Position numbers and translations under genes: made by a program. A DNA stretch of 64,000 nucleotides, taken from an uncultured delta proteobacterium. GTDB taxonomy: Bacteria > Myxococcota_A > Polyangia > Polyangiales > B10-G4. The DNA lies in NCBI GenBank assembly GCA_963727445.1, contig CAVSGI010000020.1:96001-160000 (forward strand), given 5' to 3'. Below, one piece after another: positions 51,186 through 60,650 of the stretch (position 1 is its first letter; each line of letters starts with the position of its first letter). The notes below the pieces were generated by a model that saw only the letters and a program-made list of their open reading frames with translations, searched no databases and was not told where the DNA came from.

Positions 51186-52034
51186 TCAGGGGACGCCGAG
51201 GCGACCGGAGCCGACGTTGCCCCTGTACGCAGGGGCGCCGCTGTCCGAGGTCGCGACGACCACGCCGACCGTCACACCACCCGCCACAAGGATCGCCGCA
51301 GTGATCACCCAGAACCACGGCGACGAGAGGATCCCGCCGCCGCCTGTGGACTCCGGCGCCTCCTGTCCGTCTGGGTCCGTATCGAGCACGTCTGCCTCGC
51401 CCTCGGTGGCGTCCGCGGCGAGCGCGACGCTGCCGTCTGCGGAAGCCGTCGAAAGGACGTGGAGCGTCACGCTCTCGTGTTGCCCTTCCGTCAGATCGAG
51501 CTCCTGATGTGCGACACGGGCGTCGTTCCTTCGCAGCTCGATCTCGTGATGGCCCGGGTCGAAAGGCGTCTCGGCACCGACGAGCGCGTGTGACACACGC
51601 TCGCCGTCGATCATCAGGTCGTCGTCGGGCTCCAAGCCCTCAGTCGCGATCTCCACCCTCGCAAGCCGCGCTTCGAGCTCGTCGAGCAACGTGCGCGCCT
51701 GCGTTCGTCGCGCCTCGTTGTCGGCGACGCGGAGATACCGCCGGTACGTCTCGGCGCCCTCCACGAGGTGCCCCGTCTGCACGCAAGCGCCCGCGTAGTT
51801 GAGAAGGGTCGCGGGTCGTTCGACGATCTCGAGGGATTGGGCGAACGCCACGCGTGCTTCCTCCCATCGCCCGGCCTCGGCATGGCGAACGCCGACCTGG
51901 TACAGGTGTCGGGCCGCGGCGACCTCGCGCGCGGATTGCGCCTCCACCCTCGCAGCAAGGCTCGTTCCCACGAGCAGCATGGCGACGACGACGGGGGTGA
52001 CCGCGACCGACATCGGAGGGGGGCTCGGGCGCAC
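51186..52034 (-). CDS. Signal peptide-TPR-PEGA-like protein with a C-terminal hydrophobic segment
   Basis: ARHLYQVG...WEEAR..F...LLNYA...YRRYL; IDGE...DPGHHEI; SPWFWVITAAILVAGG. Confidence 0.8.
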   Translation of the reverse strand: MRPSPPPMSVAVTPVVVAMLLVGTSLAARVEAQSAREVAAARHLYQVGVRHAEAGRWEEARVAFAQSLEIVERPATLLNYAGACVQTGHLVEGAETYRRYLRVADNEARRTQARTLLDELEARLARVEIATEGLEPDDDLMIDGERVSHALVGAETPFDPGHHEIELRRNDARVAHQELDLTEGQHESVTLHVLSTASADGSVALAADATEGEADVLDTDPDGQEAPESTGGGGILSSPWFWVITAAILVAGGVTVGVVVATSDSGAPAYRGNVGSGRLGVP

Positions 52035-52040
52035 GCCGCA

Positions 52041-52070
52041 ATCGTACCACGGACCGTGCCGTGGTACGTT
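52041..52070. promoter_or_regulatory. Palindromic back-to-back extended -10 promoters
   Basis: CGTACCACGG-N6-CCGTGGTACG; TGG-TACGTT on + and TGG-TACGAT on -, each 6-8 nt from a start codon. Confidence 0.6.
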
Positions 52071-52078
52071 CTCAGTCG

Positions 52079-53248
52079 ATGTCGTCCGACTCGTCGTCGA
52101 CGCTCAGATCCCTCGCGGTGGCCGCGTCGCTCCTGATGGCAGCCGCGGGGCTGTGCGGGTGCGAGGCAAAAGAGACCCAGCTGGTCGTCGTCACCTATAC
52201 CGATCTGTCGGTTCCAAGCGAGATGGATACCTTCGAGCTCACCGCCGAGGGACCGAGCGGAATGATGGCCAGTGAGCGCGCCTCGCTGGCAGGGCCGGGC
52301 GCGCCCGACTCCCCCTTCACAGTCGGGCTCTATCCCACGGGAGATTCGCTCGGCCCGATTACGGTCACCGCGCGCGGCCTGCTCGGATCCACGGAGGTCG
52401 TCGCAGCTTCCGCGCGCACCGCTTTCGTCGAGGGCGACAGCCGCGTGCTCACGCTCTTTCTGTCGCGCGCGTGTCGCGCCGTGTCGTGCGGTGCGGGCGA
52501 GACCTGCGTAAACGGCACGTGCGGCTCCAACGACGTCCCCGCGGCCACGCTGCCGCCGTTCACGGGCGAGCTCCCCGAATTCGACGCGGGCAGCGGGCCC
52601 ATGGACAGTGGCGCGATGGACGGAGGGCCGACGGACGGCGGCGTGGACAGCGGCGCCAGGGACAGCGGCGCGATGGACAGCGGAGCGACGGATGGCAGCG
52701 CCATGGACAGCGGCGCCATGGACGGTAGCGCCGTGGACAGCGGCGCCGATGGTGGGACCGATGCGGGGGACGCGGATGGAGGGAGCCTCTGCGATCCGAG
52801 TCATACCGCGCTACCGACCGCCGGCCCCCTCGACTTCACGGGCCTTCTGACCAACACCGATCCGACGTTCCATCGGCCGAGCTCCGGCAGCATCTGCCCC
52901 TCCGGCACGTCCGGCGACGATTACGCCTACGATGCGTTCACGTTCTGCAACGACGGCCCCACGGGCGACTTCGACATCTTGTTGCAAGGCACCGAGTACG
53001 ACGCGTCGCTGACGCTCGCCGATCCGTTCCTCGTGGTCTACGACGGCGACGCCGTCCCGAGCGATCCTGGCGCCTGTCTCGCTGAGAACGACGACGCTGC
53101 GACCATGGGCTCCATGGTCGTCGTCACCCTCGACCCCGGACAGGTCATCACCGTGACGGCGACCGCGTGGTGCTCGGTCACCGACCGAGAGACAGTATGT
53201 CCCACTGGCGGCTACGGATCGTACTTGCTGCGCGTTGGACCGCATTGA
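52079..53248 (+). CDS. Lipoprotein with an N-terminal beta domain, DSG repeats and a PPC-like C-terminal domain
   Basis: GLCG-C; TQLVVVTYTDL; (MDSGA)n; DPFLVVYDG...CLAENDD. Confidence 0.8.
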   Translation: MSSDSSSTLRSLAVAASLLMAAAGLCGCEAKETQLVVVTYTDLSVPSEMDTFELTAEGPSGMMASERASLAGPGAPDSPFTVGLYPTGDSLGPITVTARGLLGSTEVVAASARTAFVEGDSRVLTLFLSRACRAVSCGAGETCVNGTCGSNDVPAATLPPFTGELPEFDAGSGPMDSGAMDGGPTDGGVDSGARDSGAMDSGATDGSAMDSGAMDGSAVDSGADGGTDAGDADGGSLCDPSHTALPTAGPLDFTGLLTNTDPTFHRPSSGSICPSGTSGDDYAYDAFTFCNDGPTGDFDILLQGTEYDASLTLADPFLVVYDGDAVPSDPGACLAENDDAATMGSMVVVTLDPGQVITVTATAWCSVTDRETVCPTGGYGSYLLRVGPH

Positions 53249-53364
53249 CGCCGACGCTCTTCGCCAACCGCGAAGGAGATGCCGCATCCGTAGCTTCCAA
53301 CCGGACGTCACTCGACGGATGATTTCAGTGGCGCGCCTCACAAACCGTGCGATCCAGTCGCGCC

Positions 53365-53928
53365 ATGAGACGGCTCTTGCCGAGCGCGTTGGGGGGGCGG
53401 CTCCGCGTGTTCGCCGATCATCGACGGGCGTCGTTCGCGCTCCAGGCCCATGGCACGGGGTACTTCGACACCGCACCGTTCGCTTTCGAGAACTCGTTCG
53501 TCACGACGGCCGATCCCGAGCGCACGTTCGACGCGATCGTCGACATCGATGCCGAGCGGGAGTGGTTCCCGGACTTCTCCGACGCCGCGTGGCTGACGGC
53601 TGAACCTCGAGGCGTCGGGAGTCTTCGCGACTATCGCCTGACGTACATGCGTCTCACCGAGCACTTCCTCGTATGGGATCGCGGCGTGCGCGTCGCCTTC
53701 GAAGTGACAGAGGCGTCGCTCCCCCTGGTGACGGCCTTCGCCGAGGACTACGTGCTCACCCCGATGCCGAACGCCGGCACGCGGGTCGATTGGCGCGTGT
53801 GCTACACGCCCAACCCGAAGCTGCTGCTCTTCCACCCGGTGCTCCGACCGATCTTCGCCCGGGACTTCCGTCTCGCGGCCGCGCAGCTCACGACCTACTG
53901 CGATCGCCTCGCGAGCTGCGCGGCGTGA
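53365..53928 (+). CDS. SRPBCC (polyketide cyclase-like) family protein
   Basis: ADPERTF...WFP...GVGSLR...E.FLVWD...FAEDY...GTRVDW. Confidence 0.8.
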   Translation: MRRLLPSALGGRLRVFADHRRASFALQAHGTGYFDTAPFAFENSFVTTADPERTFDAIVDIDAEREWFPDFSDAAWLTAEPRGVGSLRDYRLTYMRLTEHFLVWDRGVRVAFEVTEASLPLVTAFAEDYVLTPMPNAGTRVDWRVCYTPNPKLLLFHPVLRPIFARDFRLAAAQLTTYCDRLASCAA

Positions 53929-54159
53929 GCGACCGGCCCAGGGGGTGCATCTCAAGACCGCTTCGGCACAGACCCCGACCAGCCTCGACGCGGCGGTCGA
54001 CTCGAGCCGCGGGGTGGTCGAGCGGTCGACGATCGGAGCCTGCGTCCGGCGGTGAACCGGTTATCCTCGCGAGAATGGGTCGCTCCAGGGTCGAGTCCGT
54101 TGCGCGGAGGGAGGGGCGAGGAGCTGGTCAGGCTGTAGGATCGGCGATAGAGGCAACCC

Positions 54160-54807
54160 ATGGGCTTCTACGACCACCGCTGCGCGCTGACCGGGCTCTC
54201 GCTGTTGGGCCAGCGCTGCGATCTCCTCTTGCTCCGCGTCACCTCCGGCCGCGTCGAGCCCTTGTGGGGCGCGGTAACCGGTCCGTACAACCGGCTCGGC
54301 ACGATCGACGACGCGCCTGACCACGCGCGAGACGTCGCGCTCCTCTCCTCGAGCTGGGATGATCTCGTGGCGGCCGGGCGCCTCACTCATGCGGGCGACG
54401 CCGTCGCGCCGGCCCCGTTCTTCGATCGGTTCGAGCCCAACCGCCACATCGTGAAGATCGATGGCCACCCCGTGGACGTGACGCTCTTTCATCACCGCAT
54501 CATCACGTACCTCGTCGAGGAGCACGAACCGCCGGACGACGTGGACGAGCTCTTTCGCCGCGCCTTCCCCCAAGGCACGGCGCTCACCGCCACCGCGCCG
54601 GACGGCGTAGCGTCCGGCCTGCGCAGGCTCGTCGCGCTGAGGCACCACCTGGGGAGCCGTCCCTTCCCTCGGCTCGGAAACGCGGCGCAACACGGCCCAG
54701 ACGACGTCGCCCGGTCCATCCGTGACGCCCGCAAGCGCGCGCCCGCCCTCCGCGAGGCGATCGATCGCGCCGAGGCCGAGGACTACGGGCCGCGCTCACT
54801 CGCGTAG
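54160..54807 (+). CDS. Hypothetical protein
   Basis: ATG start with GAGG upstream, globular composition, CALTGLSL...GPYNRLGTID. Confidence 0.65.
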   Translation: MGFYDHRCALTGLSLLGQRCDLLLLRVTSGRVEPLWGAVTGPYNRLGTIDDAPDHARDVALLSSSWDDLVAAGRLTHAGDAVAPAPFFDRFEPNRHIVKIDGHPVDVTLFHHRIITYLVEEHEPPDDVDELFRRAFPQGTALTATAPDGVASGLRRLVALRHHLGSRPFPRLGNAAQHGPDDVARSIRDARKRAPALREAIDRAEAEDYGPRSLA

Positions 54808-54939
54808 CGGGCATCGAGGCCGCGCCGCACATTGGGATTCGGATCCTTCGGATGCGGGCCCGTGGTCGTCCCGTACGTCCGATTCTCAGGGCTCCGGTGC
54901 CGACATGACGGCCGCGATCTCGCTGACCGAGAGGGCGCG

Positions 54940-55060
54940 CCGGTAGTTGCGCTTGCGCGGCGATGGTCACCCGCACCGAGCGCAGCTCCTCGCCGGGTAT
55001 CCAATCGGTCTGCAGATCGACGAACACCGTGCCCGACTCGGGGTCCGGGTCACAGGCCCG
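54940..55060 (-). pseudogene. Remnant of a lipoprotein N-terminal beta domain
   Basis: ACDPDPESGTVFVDLQTDWIPGEELRSVRVTI aligns by eye with the N-terminus of 44414..45520. Confidence 0.5.
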
Positions 55061-55105
55061 AGAGCGGCGCCGCAGTCACTCGAGGCGTCGGCCGTCCGCC
55101 TGACC

Positions 55106-55645
55106 TCAGGTCCCCAGCATGCAGTCCCGTAGCGGCTGCAAGTCCGCGGGCGTTCGGTCGGTCCAGGCGATGTCGTGCCAGACGTCGGGCATGTCGGCGA
55201 TGTCGCAGCTGAGCATCGAGTTGCGATAGTCGACGTCCATCACCATCCACTCGAAGAGCTCCTGGACCATGCCGACCGTTTGCGGGCACGACGCGAGGCG
55301 GACACCGACGACGGAGCAGCCTTCCGAGAACACGGGCACGTCTCCCGTCGCGTCGGTCGAGACCGATGCGTAGAGGGCGAGGCTGTCCTCACACCGTGCG
55401 GGATCCTCGCTCTGGAGTGCCTGGCTGACGGATGCGAGCCGGACGAGGTCGGAGTTGTCGTTGACCCATGCGCTTCCCGCTTCGCAGAGCGCGATACCGT
55501 CCTCCTCGGAGAGAGAGGTGAGCGCCGTTTCGGGCGGATACCCCGTGTCCACCCCAATGCCAGGGGTCGCCGCCATACCCCTGGTGTCGTTGGTACAGCC
55601 CAACAGCGCGACGGCCAACGCGAACATCGATGCGAATCTGGTCAT
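55106..55645 (-). CDS. Lipoprotein
   Basis: MTRFASMFALAVALLG-C; GGAGGT RBS. Confidence 0.8.
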   Translation of the reverse strand: MTRFASMFALAVALLGCTNDTRGMAATPGIGVDTGYPPETALTSLSEEDGIALCEAGSAWVNDNSDLVRLASVSQALQSEDPARCEDSLALYASVSTDATGDVPVFSEGCSVVGVRLASCPQTVGMVQELFEWMVMDVDYRNSMLSCDIADMPDVWHDIAWTDRTPADLQPLRDCMLGT

Positions 55646-55668
55646 TCGAAACCTCCGCCCTCGACTTC

Positions 55669-55684
55669 GCAAGCGACGCGCCAA
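55669..55684 (-). promoter_or_regulatory. Sigma-54 promoter
   Basis: TTGGCGCG-TCGC-TTGC upstream of the RBS of 55106..55645. Confidence 0.75.
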
Positions 55685-55862
55685 CGAAAAAGGGCGTGTG
55701 CACGCCAGATCGTGTGTGCAGCGAGCTGCACGGTGTGCATCGTTCTCCCCACGTGAAGGCGACGCGAGCCGAGGTCTCAATCGGCGGGGCCGCGTCCAAA
55801 AGACGAGGGCGTGGTGGTCGACGCGAGTGGAGGCCCCGACGCCAGCCTCGATGGCGGTAGGC

Positions 55863-56597
55863 TCAGTGTCCGCGCATGAAAGCACGGATCTCGTCGAGCG
55901 GCGCCCGTAGCGGTCGCTCGGCGGCTCCACAGATCAGCTCGTCGCGCTCGAGTCGGTCGCACTTGGGGACGCGTCCCATCCACCGAACGAGCGCGGTGTG
56001 ATTGCAGTACTCGTTGTAGTCGGTGCTGTTGCGCTGGGCGACGAGCTTCCCCTCGGGGTCGAAGAAGCGCAGCTCGTAGCGATGGATGTCGCCTTGGAAG
56101 TAGAAGTACTTGAACTCGCCACAACGCCCCACCTCCGCATGCTCGCAATAGACCTGGCGGTCACCGCCTGCGCCCAGGGCGCTCCGAAAAGCTTCGAGGT
56201 TCTGATCGAGGGTGATGCATGGCCCGCTTTCAGCGTCGGCCTCACACGGGAGGGGGCGGCGACAGAGGCAGCTCGCCTGGTCTTCGGGATCGCCACACAA
56301 GAACTGGTAGCCACTGATCGTCGGTGTGGGGCCGTCCGGACCGAACATCTGCTCGGCGGGAAAGGCGGACTCTGGCGCGATCCGAATGCCGGCGGCGGCG
56401 AGCTCCGCGTTCGTGTAATAGCGATCGTCCGCTGGTTCGGGGGGCGCCTCGACCGGCGCCGGCTCGGTCGTAGGCGGCGGCTGGGTCGTGGTGAGCGGCG
56501 CCTCGGTGGTGGTCGCGGCGCTCGCACCCGTCGATCCATTGTTGTTGGAGGAGCTACAGGCCGAAAGGACGATCACCGCCAGGCAGAGCCGCGTCAT
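55863..56597 (-). CDS. Cys-containing lipoprotein
   Basis: VLSA-C lipobox, Thr/Pro linker. Confidence 0.8.
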   Translation of the reverse strand: MTRLCLAVIVLSACSSSNNNGSTGASAATTTEAPLTTTQPPPTTEPAPVEAPPEPADDRYYTNAELAAAGIRIAPESAFPAEQMFGPDGPTPTISGYQFLCGDPEDQASCLCRRPLPCEADAESGPCITLDQNLEAFRSALGAGGDRQVYCEHAEVGRCGEFKYFYFQGDIHRYELRFFDPEGKLVAQRNSTDYNEYCNHTALVRWMGRVPKCDRLERDELICGAAERPLRAPLDEIRAFMRGH

Positions 56598-56682
56598 GCG
56601 GCTACTCTACATCGGGAGGGAGCGCCGACCGCGAGCGCACAGCCGGGAATTCCGAGTCACCAGGTGGTAACATCGAACCGGG

Positions 56683-58548
56683 ATGTGGAATCTCGCTCGG
56701 CTGATGTGGCTAGCCGCGCTTCTAGCGCTCGGGTGTGGACGCATCGAGTTCCAACACATCCCGATGGACTCCGGGATGGACGCCCCGGCGGTCGACAGCG
56801 GCGCGCCGGACGCGCCGGCGTGCACCGTCGACGCCGACTGCGGCCCGTGTGCCTCGTGCCGCGCCGGGACGTGTGCACCGACCATCGACGGTACCACCTG
56901 TCCAGGCGGCGTCTGCACTGCTGGCACCTGCTGCACCGGATGCGTCTCGGGAACTACCTGCGAAGCGGGCACCGCGCCCGAAGCGTGTGGAAGCGCAGCT
57001 TCCATGTGCGTCGCGTGCGCCGCATGTGAGACCTGCAACGCAGGTGCGTGCGGCCCGGCCGCGGACAGCACCCCTTGCGCTACCGGCGTGTGTGTTTCCG
57101 GCGCCTGCTGCACCCCGTCCTGCGGTGGGAGCACCTGCGGCGACGACGGCTGCGGCGGCTCGTGCGGGGCGTGCGCGACCGGGGAGCGATGCGAGAGCGG
57201 CGCTTGCGTCGCGACGTCCTGCAGCACGGACACGGACTGCCTCGAGTGCGAGACGTGTTCGGGGTCGGTCTGCGTGCCTCGCGCCGAAGGGGCCGGGTGC
57301 ACAGCGGGGACGTGCCACGGTGGCACGTGCTGCACCGGCTGTTGGGATGGGGCAGCATGCCGCGACGGCACCGGCGTCGGCGCGTGTGGCGCGGAAGGCG
57401 GCGCCTGCGGGGCGTGCGCCGGGTGTGAGGCCTGCGATGCGGGTGCATGCACGCCCGCGGCGGATGGCACGACCTGCTCGTCGGGTACGTGCATGAGCGG
57501 GGCTTGCTGTACTGGTTGCTGGGACGGCAGCGCGTGCCAGGGCGGCACGGCGCTCGGCGCATGTGGGACGGGCGGCGCTGCGTGCACAGCGTGCGGCGAA
57601 TGCAGCGCATGCACGAGCGGCGCGTGCACGCCCGCGACGGATGGAGCTGCGTGCACCGGCGGGACATGTGCGTCGGGCGCTTGCTGCACGGGTTGCCGGT
57701 CGGGGAGCATGTGCCTCGCCGGCACCGATCCGTCAGCATGCGGCGCGACGGGGGCGAGCTGCACCGCATGCACGGTTCCGCCGCACGCGTCCGCGACATG
57801 TACGAGCGGCACCTGCGACTACACCTGCACAGGCACGTTCGCGGACTGCAACGGCGTCGCCGGCGACGGCTGCGAGATCGACACGGAGACGAGCACGAGC
57901 AACTGCGGCGGCTGCGCCATGCCGTGTTCGGTGGGCCAGGTTTGCAGCGCCGGCGCCTGCGTCACGGCCCCCGACGCCGGGGGCGGGTGCGTCTACACCT
58001 GCAGCGTCGATGTCGCTTCGACGACCACGGACTGCGCTGGCGCGATCACGGGAGCGTTCGGTGTGGGCCTCAACCGCGATCGCTTCACGGCGACCGTCGA
58101 CATGGGCGGCCTCACCGAGCTGACCCTCAGCGTGACGATCTGCGACCCGACCGGGTTCACGGTGCACGTCGCCGACTCGCCGACCTGCGACGGCTTCGGT
58201 GGAGACGCCGCCACTTCGTCGAACGACGCGGAGGTGCAGCTCAGCGGCACGACGCTCGGGGTCTACGCCAATCAAAATGCCTCGCCCCCCTCCATGTTGC
58301 TCTACTCCGACGCCGCCTTCGTGGCGGCGAGCGGATGCACGATGTTCACGTGGACGGTGCGCGATCAGTTCTTCGGCGCGGACGTGGGTTCGGTGTCCGA
58401 GGCGTCCCCCTACCTGCTGCGCATCGATCCCCCCACGGACACCGAGGGTGTTCCGGACGCGCTGTGGTATGTGGGCTTGAATCGGTCGTACGGCTCGACC
58501 GCACGGTCAGGCACCGGCGTGAGCACCGCGACCCTCTGCGTCCGCTGA
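56683..58548 (+). CDS. Very Cys-rich repeat lipoprotein with a C-terminal beta domain
   Basis: LALG-CGRIEFQ; repeated CCTGCxxGxxCxxGTxxxACG. Confidence 0.85.
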   Translation: MWNLARLMWLAALLALGCGRIEFQHIPMDSGMDAPAVDSGAPDAPACTVDADCGPCASCRAGTCAPTIDGTTCPGGVCTAGTCCTGCVSGTTCEAGTAPEACGSAASMCVACAACETCNAGACGPAADSTPCATGVCVSGACCTPSCGGSTCGDDGCGGSCGACATGERCESGACVATSCSTDTDCLECETCSGSVCVPRAEGAGCTAGTCHGGTCCTGCWDGAACRDGTGVGACGAEGGACGACAGCEACDAGACTPAADGTTCSSGTCMSGACCTGCWDGSACQGGTALGACGTGGAACTACGECSACTSGACTPATDGAACTGGTCASGACCTGCRSGSMCLAGTDPSACGATGASCTACTVPPHASATCTSGTCDYTCTGTFADCNGVAGDGCEIDTETSTSNCGGCAMPCSVGQVCSAGACVTAPDAGGGCVYTCSVDVASTTTDCAGAITGAFGVGLNRDRFTATVDMGGLTELTLSVTICDPTGFTVHVADSPTCDGFGGDAATSSNDAEVQLSGTTLGVYANQNASPPSMLLYSDAAFVAASGCTMFTWTVRDQFFGADVGSVSEASPYLLRIDPPTDTEGVPDALWYVGLNRSYGSTARSGTGVSTATLCVR

Positions 58549-58661
58549 CCGCCGATAGGCGCCCTCCGCCAGCTCGACGGTGCCAGGAAGCGTCGTCGCG
58601 CCGATGGTGATCGACGAGCTGCTTCTTTCCCGTTGGCGCCGAGGTGTTATCCTGGTGTTCG

Positions 58662-59096
58662 ATGAACGAAGACCGCGCGGGGATGCTGCTCACGGCGCTT
58701 CTCACATTTGGCGTCGGGTCCATCTTGCTGGCGTTGGCTGTCATTTTGTGGCGACGCACCCGCAGCTTCCTCGCGGTGGCGGTCGATGCCGACGGCACGA
58801 TCATCAATCTCGCCACCGTCAGGACGAGTAGCGGCACCGGCTACCGCGCGATCGTGGAGTTCGATACGCACGACGGCCGCCGCGTTCGCTGGCGCGACAA
58901 GGTGACGAGCGATCCCCCGGTCGGTCAGTGCGGCGAGCGACTGCCGATGAAATACGATCCAGCCAATCCTCAGAATGCGCGCATCAACCTTCCTTCTCGT
59001 CTGTGGTCCGCGCCGCGCTCGCTCGGCGGTCTCGCGACCCTCCTCTTCGGTGTCGGCATCTGCTTCGCCGTCATAGCCGTCTTCTTCTACGATTAG
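58662..59096 (+). CDS. DUF3592 domain membrane protein
   Basis: TM - GTIINL...Y.AIVEF...G...MKYDPANPQNARI - TM. Confidence 0.8.
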   Translation: MNEDRAGMLLTALLTFGVGSILLALAVILWRRTRSFLAVAVDADGTIINLATVRTSSGTGYRAIVEFDTHDGRRVRWRDKVTSDPPVGQCGERLPMKYDPANPQNARINLPSRLWSAPRSLGGLATLLFGVGICFAVIAVFFYD

Positions 59097-59199
59097 GGCG
59101 TCGAGCACGACCTCGGGGCGGTGCGCTCTCAGCCGTCGTTTCCGGGCGAACTCGAGGGATGCCTCCCTCTCGACATCCTCGACGAGGCTCGAGGGTGGG

Positions 59200-59460
59200 G
59201 CGAGCATGATGGGAGCGTTCGCAGGGACACAGCTCCCAGACACCAGTGGGTGGTACGATGGGGCGATCTCACACCGCCGACCTGCCCTCTCTTCTTTGGC
59301 GCGTGCGCAGGCGCGACACCGACCTGCACCGGCACGGGCGGTTGGGCCGGGTGCACCGCTGCGACCTACCGGGGCCGATTACGAGCCCACCGAGGCGGGC
59401 ACGACCTGCGATGCGCTCGACAACGACTGCGACGGGCTCGTCGACGAAACGTGCATTTGA
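59200..59460 (+). pseudogene. Frameshifted remnant with a CDxxDNDCDGxVDE (MopE-related/metal-binding) motif
   Basis: GACAGATPTCTGTGGWAGC and YEPTE...CDALDNDCDGLVDETC in different frames. Confidence 0.55.
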
Positions 59461-59733
59461 ACGTCAGCAGCCCCGCGCGAAATGTAGGCCATCACATGGC
59501 GCGCGTGCCCTCGGGGCTCCGCCTTCCGCCTTCCGGTACCGATCACCGCTCAGCAGAGCACGGAGTCTCCGAGAAGGCAGACGACCGCCGTCACGTCGGG
59601 GAGACGGCGCGCTCGCGAGAGCGCACGGGCCCCGCCGATGTGCGCTGCGCGAAGCGCAGTCAGCTCCGTATCCGCGAGAGAACTGCCGCGGCACGCACGT
59701 TGCGTGCGCTCCCCTCGAAAGGAGCTTTCACCA

Positions 59734-60459
59734 GTGCAACATCCAATCCCCATTCTGGTCGCGCTCTCTCTGTCGGGCTGCACCATCTTCGCGCGTCACG
59801 ATACCGGCCGTCCCAACGCGTCGGCCTCGGCGGGCGCCACCGTCGGATACCAAACGAGCGCCACCCTTGGTTCCACCACCGCCTCACCAACGACCGAGAC
59901 CGTCGTCAGCGCGGAGGACTCCCCTGCTCGGGTCGTCGCGAACGCACCGCGCCCGCTCATCGATGGAATGCTCTTCGAACCGCCGAGAGCTACCGCCGCT
60001 GAGCAGTGCAACGGCATGGACGATGATGGCAACGGTGCCATCGACGAGAGCTGCGGACTCGAACGCGGCGACATCCAAATCGTCCTCAGCTACGACGCAG
60101 ATGCCGAGATCTACATGGAGGTCGAATCGCCGGTTGCCGGTCATCGCGTCAGCTCCACTTCCAACGACGTCGAGCTCGGCGGTCGCTTTCAGCGCCTCCG
60201 TGAAACGCGTTGTGAGTACGGCTCGCCCATGGATCGCGTTGACAATGCGTATTACGTCGGAGAACGCGTTCGCCCGGGAACCTACCGCGTGAAGGTTCGG
60301 TTCTACAGCACCTGTGGTGAAGACCTTCGTCAGGCCGACGTGAAGCTCTCCATCGCCGTCGGCGGGCGCAGCATAGGCACCTACCGCTGGGTGGAGAAGC
60401 ACGAGCCCTTCGGACGCAACGAGAGCCACGCCGTGCTCGAGTTCGACGTGGAGACGTGA
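59734..60459 (+). CDS. Lipoprotein with a CNGxDDDxNG motif and a YfaP/DUF2135-like domain
   Basis: LSLSG-C; EQCNGMDDDGNGAIDE; IQIVLSYD...PGTYRVKV. Confidence 0.75.
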   Translation: MQHPIPILVALSLSGCTIFARHDTGRPNASASAGATVGYQTSATLGSTTASPTTETVVSAEDSPARVVANAPRPLIDGMLFEPPRATAAEQCNGMDDDGNGAIDESCGLERGDIQIVLSYDADAEIYMEVESPVAGHRVSSTSNDVELGGRFQRLRETRCEYGSPMDRVDNAYYVGERVRPGTYRVKVRFYSTCGEDLRQADVKLSIAVGGRSIGTYRWVEKHEPFGRNESHAVLEFDVET

Positions 60460-60650
60460 TCGCGGCCTGGTCGTCGGGAATGGTGGCTCGAGGGCTGAGC
60501 TGTGGTTCGTCGGGCGTCTGCCAATGCGCGGGGGGCACCTGCGTGATTCCGGGCGGCACGATCGGCGCGGCTCCGCGACGACGTCGGAGGAGCCTGACAG
60601 TCCGGTGTTCACCTCGGTGCACGTGTGACGCGTGTCGCTCGATCCGCTCG

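Noticed and set aside
52600..52760. Non-coding repeat array (ATGGACAGCGGCGC-like units)
   Set aside because: These are in-frame DSGA linker repeats inside a lipoprotein.
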